DNA of 62,170 nt, filler included, from Globobulimina sp. (taxonomy: Eukaryota), in assembly GCA_003354225.1 (NCBI GenBank). It is 20 parts of 20 records of this genome, joined end to end, with 100 filler letters (N's around TTAATTAATTAA, not from the genome) between each part and the next. Parts side by side here need not be neighbours in the genome. Positions count along the whole stretch, not along the records: positions 59,160 to 62,170 come from PIVH01004028.1; 19 more parts are not named here. One strand, 5' to 3'. Shown here piece by piece: positions 59,955-62,170 of this stretch; the first letter of the stretch is position 1, and every line of letters starts with the position of its first letter. A model generated the notes under the pieces. It was not told the origin of the DNA. It saw nothing but the letters and a program-made list of their open reading frames with translations, and ran no database searches. A program made the position numbers and the translations under genes.

Positions 59955-61594
59955 TTACAAACAAAAACCCCATCCCGCCTGACACGGAATTCCCCCATTT
60001 TCAACATAGTCGGTCGATAACTGTGAATACAACATTCCACCAATGGCAAAATTACCAGCATACATTGAATATCCTTCATCAGAATCATAAATTCGTGTTG
60101 CTTTCAAATTATCCCAGTCCAAGGTCCATAATGTAAATTGTTTTGCTCTCCAAAAACTTTGATTTTTAATAAAATCCAAATCATAGCCTGCATTTTTTAA
60201 CTGCAATAAAAACAAAGGATCGCCACTTTCTTGCAAAGCACCTATCAAAGTTCCAAATTCCCACAACATATTTATATTACCTCCAATACCATGACAAAAC
60301 ATCGTGCCTTTCACCAACAGTCCTCTGTTCCACGTCACATTCGCTGTGGAATAAGCTGTATCAAAATAAATCTGTGCTGCACTGCTATTATATCTATGCA
60401 AAAAGTAAACAGCGTCCATGAAAACATTAATAAATCCTGGAGCGCCATGGCAAAATTGCACCCTCGCATCACTGTCATGGCCATAATTTTGAGAGCAAGT
60501 CCCATTGGTTTGCGTCGGCATATTTCCATCATCCAATTGGATGCTAACATAAAAATCCAATGTGTTCTTGAGAGCGTTATAATATTTAGCATCACTCAAC
60601 AATGCATCCAAAGCATCTGGATATACATAATAAGCAGAGAGGAACTGATGAATCAAACCCGTTGCTCCATGATTCACGCCATACAAATAACAGTCTGCTA
60701 AACGTACAAACGGCACTTGCAAGTATTCAGTCTTTAATATCTGTCCAATTTCTATACTTTTATCCATAACATAAAAAGTAATGTTTGCGATCGCCTCAGG
60801 CGAAATCACATCAGTTTGCATGATGACATTTATGAAGACACTGTTATAAACCAAGCCGGTTAAACCGGTCTCCATATCTAATAAAGTCATATTAATGCCA
60901 TCAGCACTCGTATCTAAGCCTTGTTGTATGGCATCCACAACATTCACAATCGTTTTGTTGATCAGTCCCATATATTGTTCATATCCATTCGTGTTTCCTT
61001 GAGCATATTGAATGAATGCCTTCAAAGTCCACACTCCGATATGCGATGACATGAATGCAGAGTAATATTGTTTTGTGGGTAACTGAGATATGGCATAATC
61101 AATGTATTCGCCAGCCAGGTTTAAATACGTTGTGTTTCCAATGTATACATATAATCGGAAAAATATATACGCTCTGCCTGCACTTCCACTGTAAATGTCG
61201 AAACCGCCGGGTGTTGCCACAAACGGTGGATAAGTCTGCGCCCACCACTTGTTATAATAATCTATGAAATCACGCATTGTTGCTTTCTCAGAAGCGGTGA
61301 AATTCAAAATATCGCCGCTTTTGTAATCAGACTCTGCATTTGAATAACATGGAGGACTGTAAATATTATTTGGTATACATTTATTTCTTATATGACAAGT
61401 AACTTGAAGTTGAGGCAATAATATATATACCATGGCGGACCGATTGTCATTGGACATTGTGGTGGCTCAGTGGCATTGACCGGTTTGCACTCATCTTGTG
61501 GTGGTGGTGGAGCATGGTAATGATGGTGATGTGGATGCATGTGACCGAAGATAGGAACCAATAAAATTGCTACCGCAATCAAATAGGACGACAT
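59955..61594 (-). CDS. LanC-like (lanthionine synthetase C-like) protein with signal peptide, 2 exons
   Basis: DIYSGSAG, YGVNHGATG, VQFCHGAPG, FCHGIGGN; intron 61357-61430 joins exon 1 MSSYLIAVAILLVPIFG in frame. Confidence 0.88.
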
Positions 61595-61745
61595 CTTAGT
61601 GACCTTACGATGGAAAACTTGAAATCATCTAAAACTATTAATAAAATTAAGACATGGAGGTTGATAAGATGGAGTTCATCATGGGGTTAAACACTTATCA
61701 GCTCGCAAACTAAAATCTATTGTATCATCGCTGGATCATTATAGT

Positions 61746-62021
61746 TTGCAGCAATTGTTATTGGTTTATTGCAAATTCTTTTGGAATTCAAACAATCGAA
61801 ATAAATATGATCGATATCATGAATCGAATCGTTGTCATTCCGAAATTATACAGAAACTCCAGCAAAAAATAAAAATTCGTAATCAATCGAATAGTTTTAG
61901 TAAACTGCCAAGCTTATTAACAGCATATATCGTATCATTTTTAGATACAAAATCACGATCAAGAGCATCGTCCGCAAATCATTCATTTCTTAAAATTTCA
62001 AATGAACCCATTGCAACCTAG
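61746..62021 (+). pseudogene. F-box-like gene fragment
   Basis: FSKLPSLLTAYIVSFLD...RASSAN pattern; the upstream frame has a stop and the ORF ends soon after the motif. Confidence 0.4.
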
Positions 62022-62170
62022 TGGGGTCAAGACCCTGTAACCCTTTGGAAAAACGTTCTGCAAATGCGAGTGCAAAGATAAAAATAAAAAACTGAAAGTA
62101 AGTACTAACTTAAAAACGTCAAAATTGAATGGCTGTTATCTTTGCCAAAAAATAAGCAGGCCAATTAATA

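Noticed and set aside
37979-61594. Radical SAM plus LanC-like as a RiPP biosynthetic cluster
   Set aside because: They lie on different contigs from different organisms; the LanC-like gene has a spliceosomal intron.
1-62170. rRNA, tRNA or CRISPR arrays
   Set aside because: None recognised by eye; tRNAscan-SE or Infernal would be needed to exclude small RNAs.

Overview
This window is not one genomic locus. It is 20 unrelated contigs of about 3.01 kb joined by N-TTAATTAATTAA-N six-frame-stop linkers, so gene neighbourhoods mean something only within a contig. Most contigs come from an AT-rich, gene-dense eukaryote with short (about 50-75 nt) GT-AG introns; it is foraminiferan/rhizarian-like by inference. 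Recognisable genes include SR-beta, a Rab5-group GTPase, WDR12/Ytm1, RACK1, a Skp1-like protein, LITAF, a two-MRH-domain protein, a ubiquitin-domain PI4K, GT61, RING and C2H2 zinc fingers, TM2, PPR, a 7TM-RGS protein, a stand-alone voltage-sensor-like protein and a LanC-like protein with a signal peptide. Three contigs are APE-RT non-LTR retrotransposons, one with a 2A-like DISPNPGP motif and PHD finger and one with a TAATG ORF1/ORF2 overlap. There are also two MITE-like inverted-repeat elements. One contig (37378-40390) is bacterial and looks like a defence island: a GIY-YIG 3' end, an HNH remnant and a truncated type I hsdR. These are followed by a tightly coupled operon of a radical SAM enzyme, a small DUF6375-like protein and a protein starting with an Avs4-like Mrr nuclease domain. 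That operon is the best candidate for an undescribed system. All family calls are from motif recognition; no database search was run.
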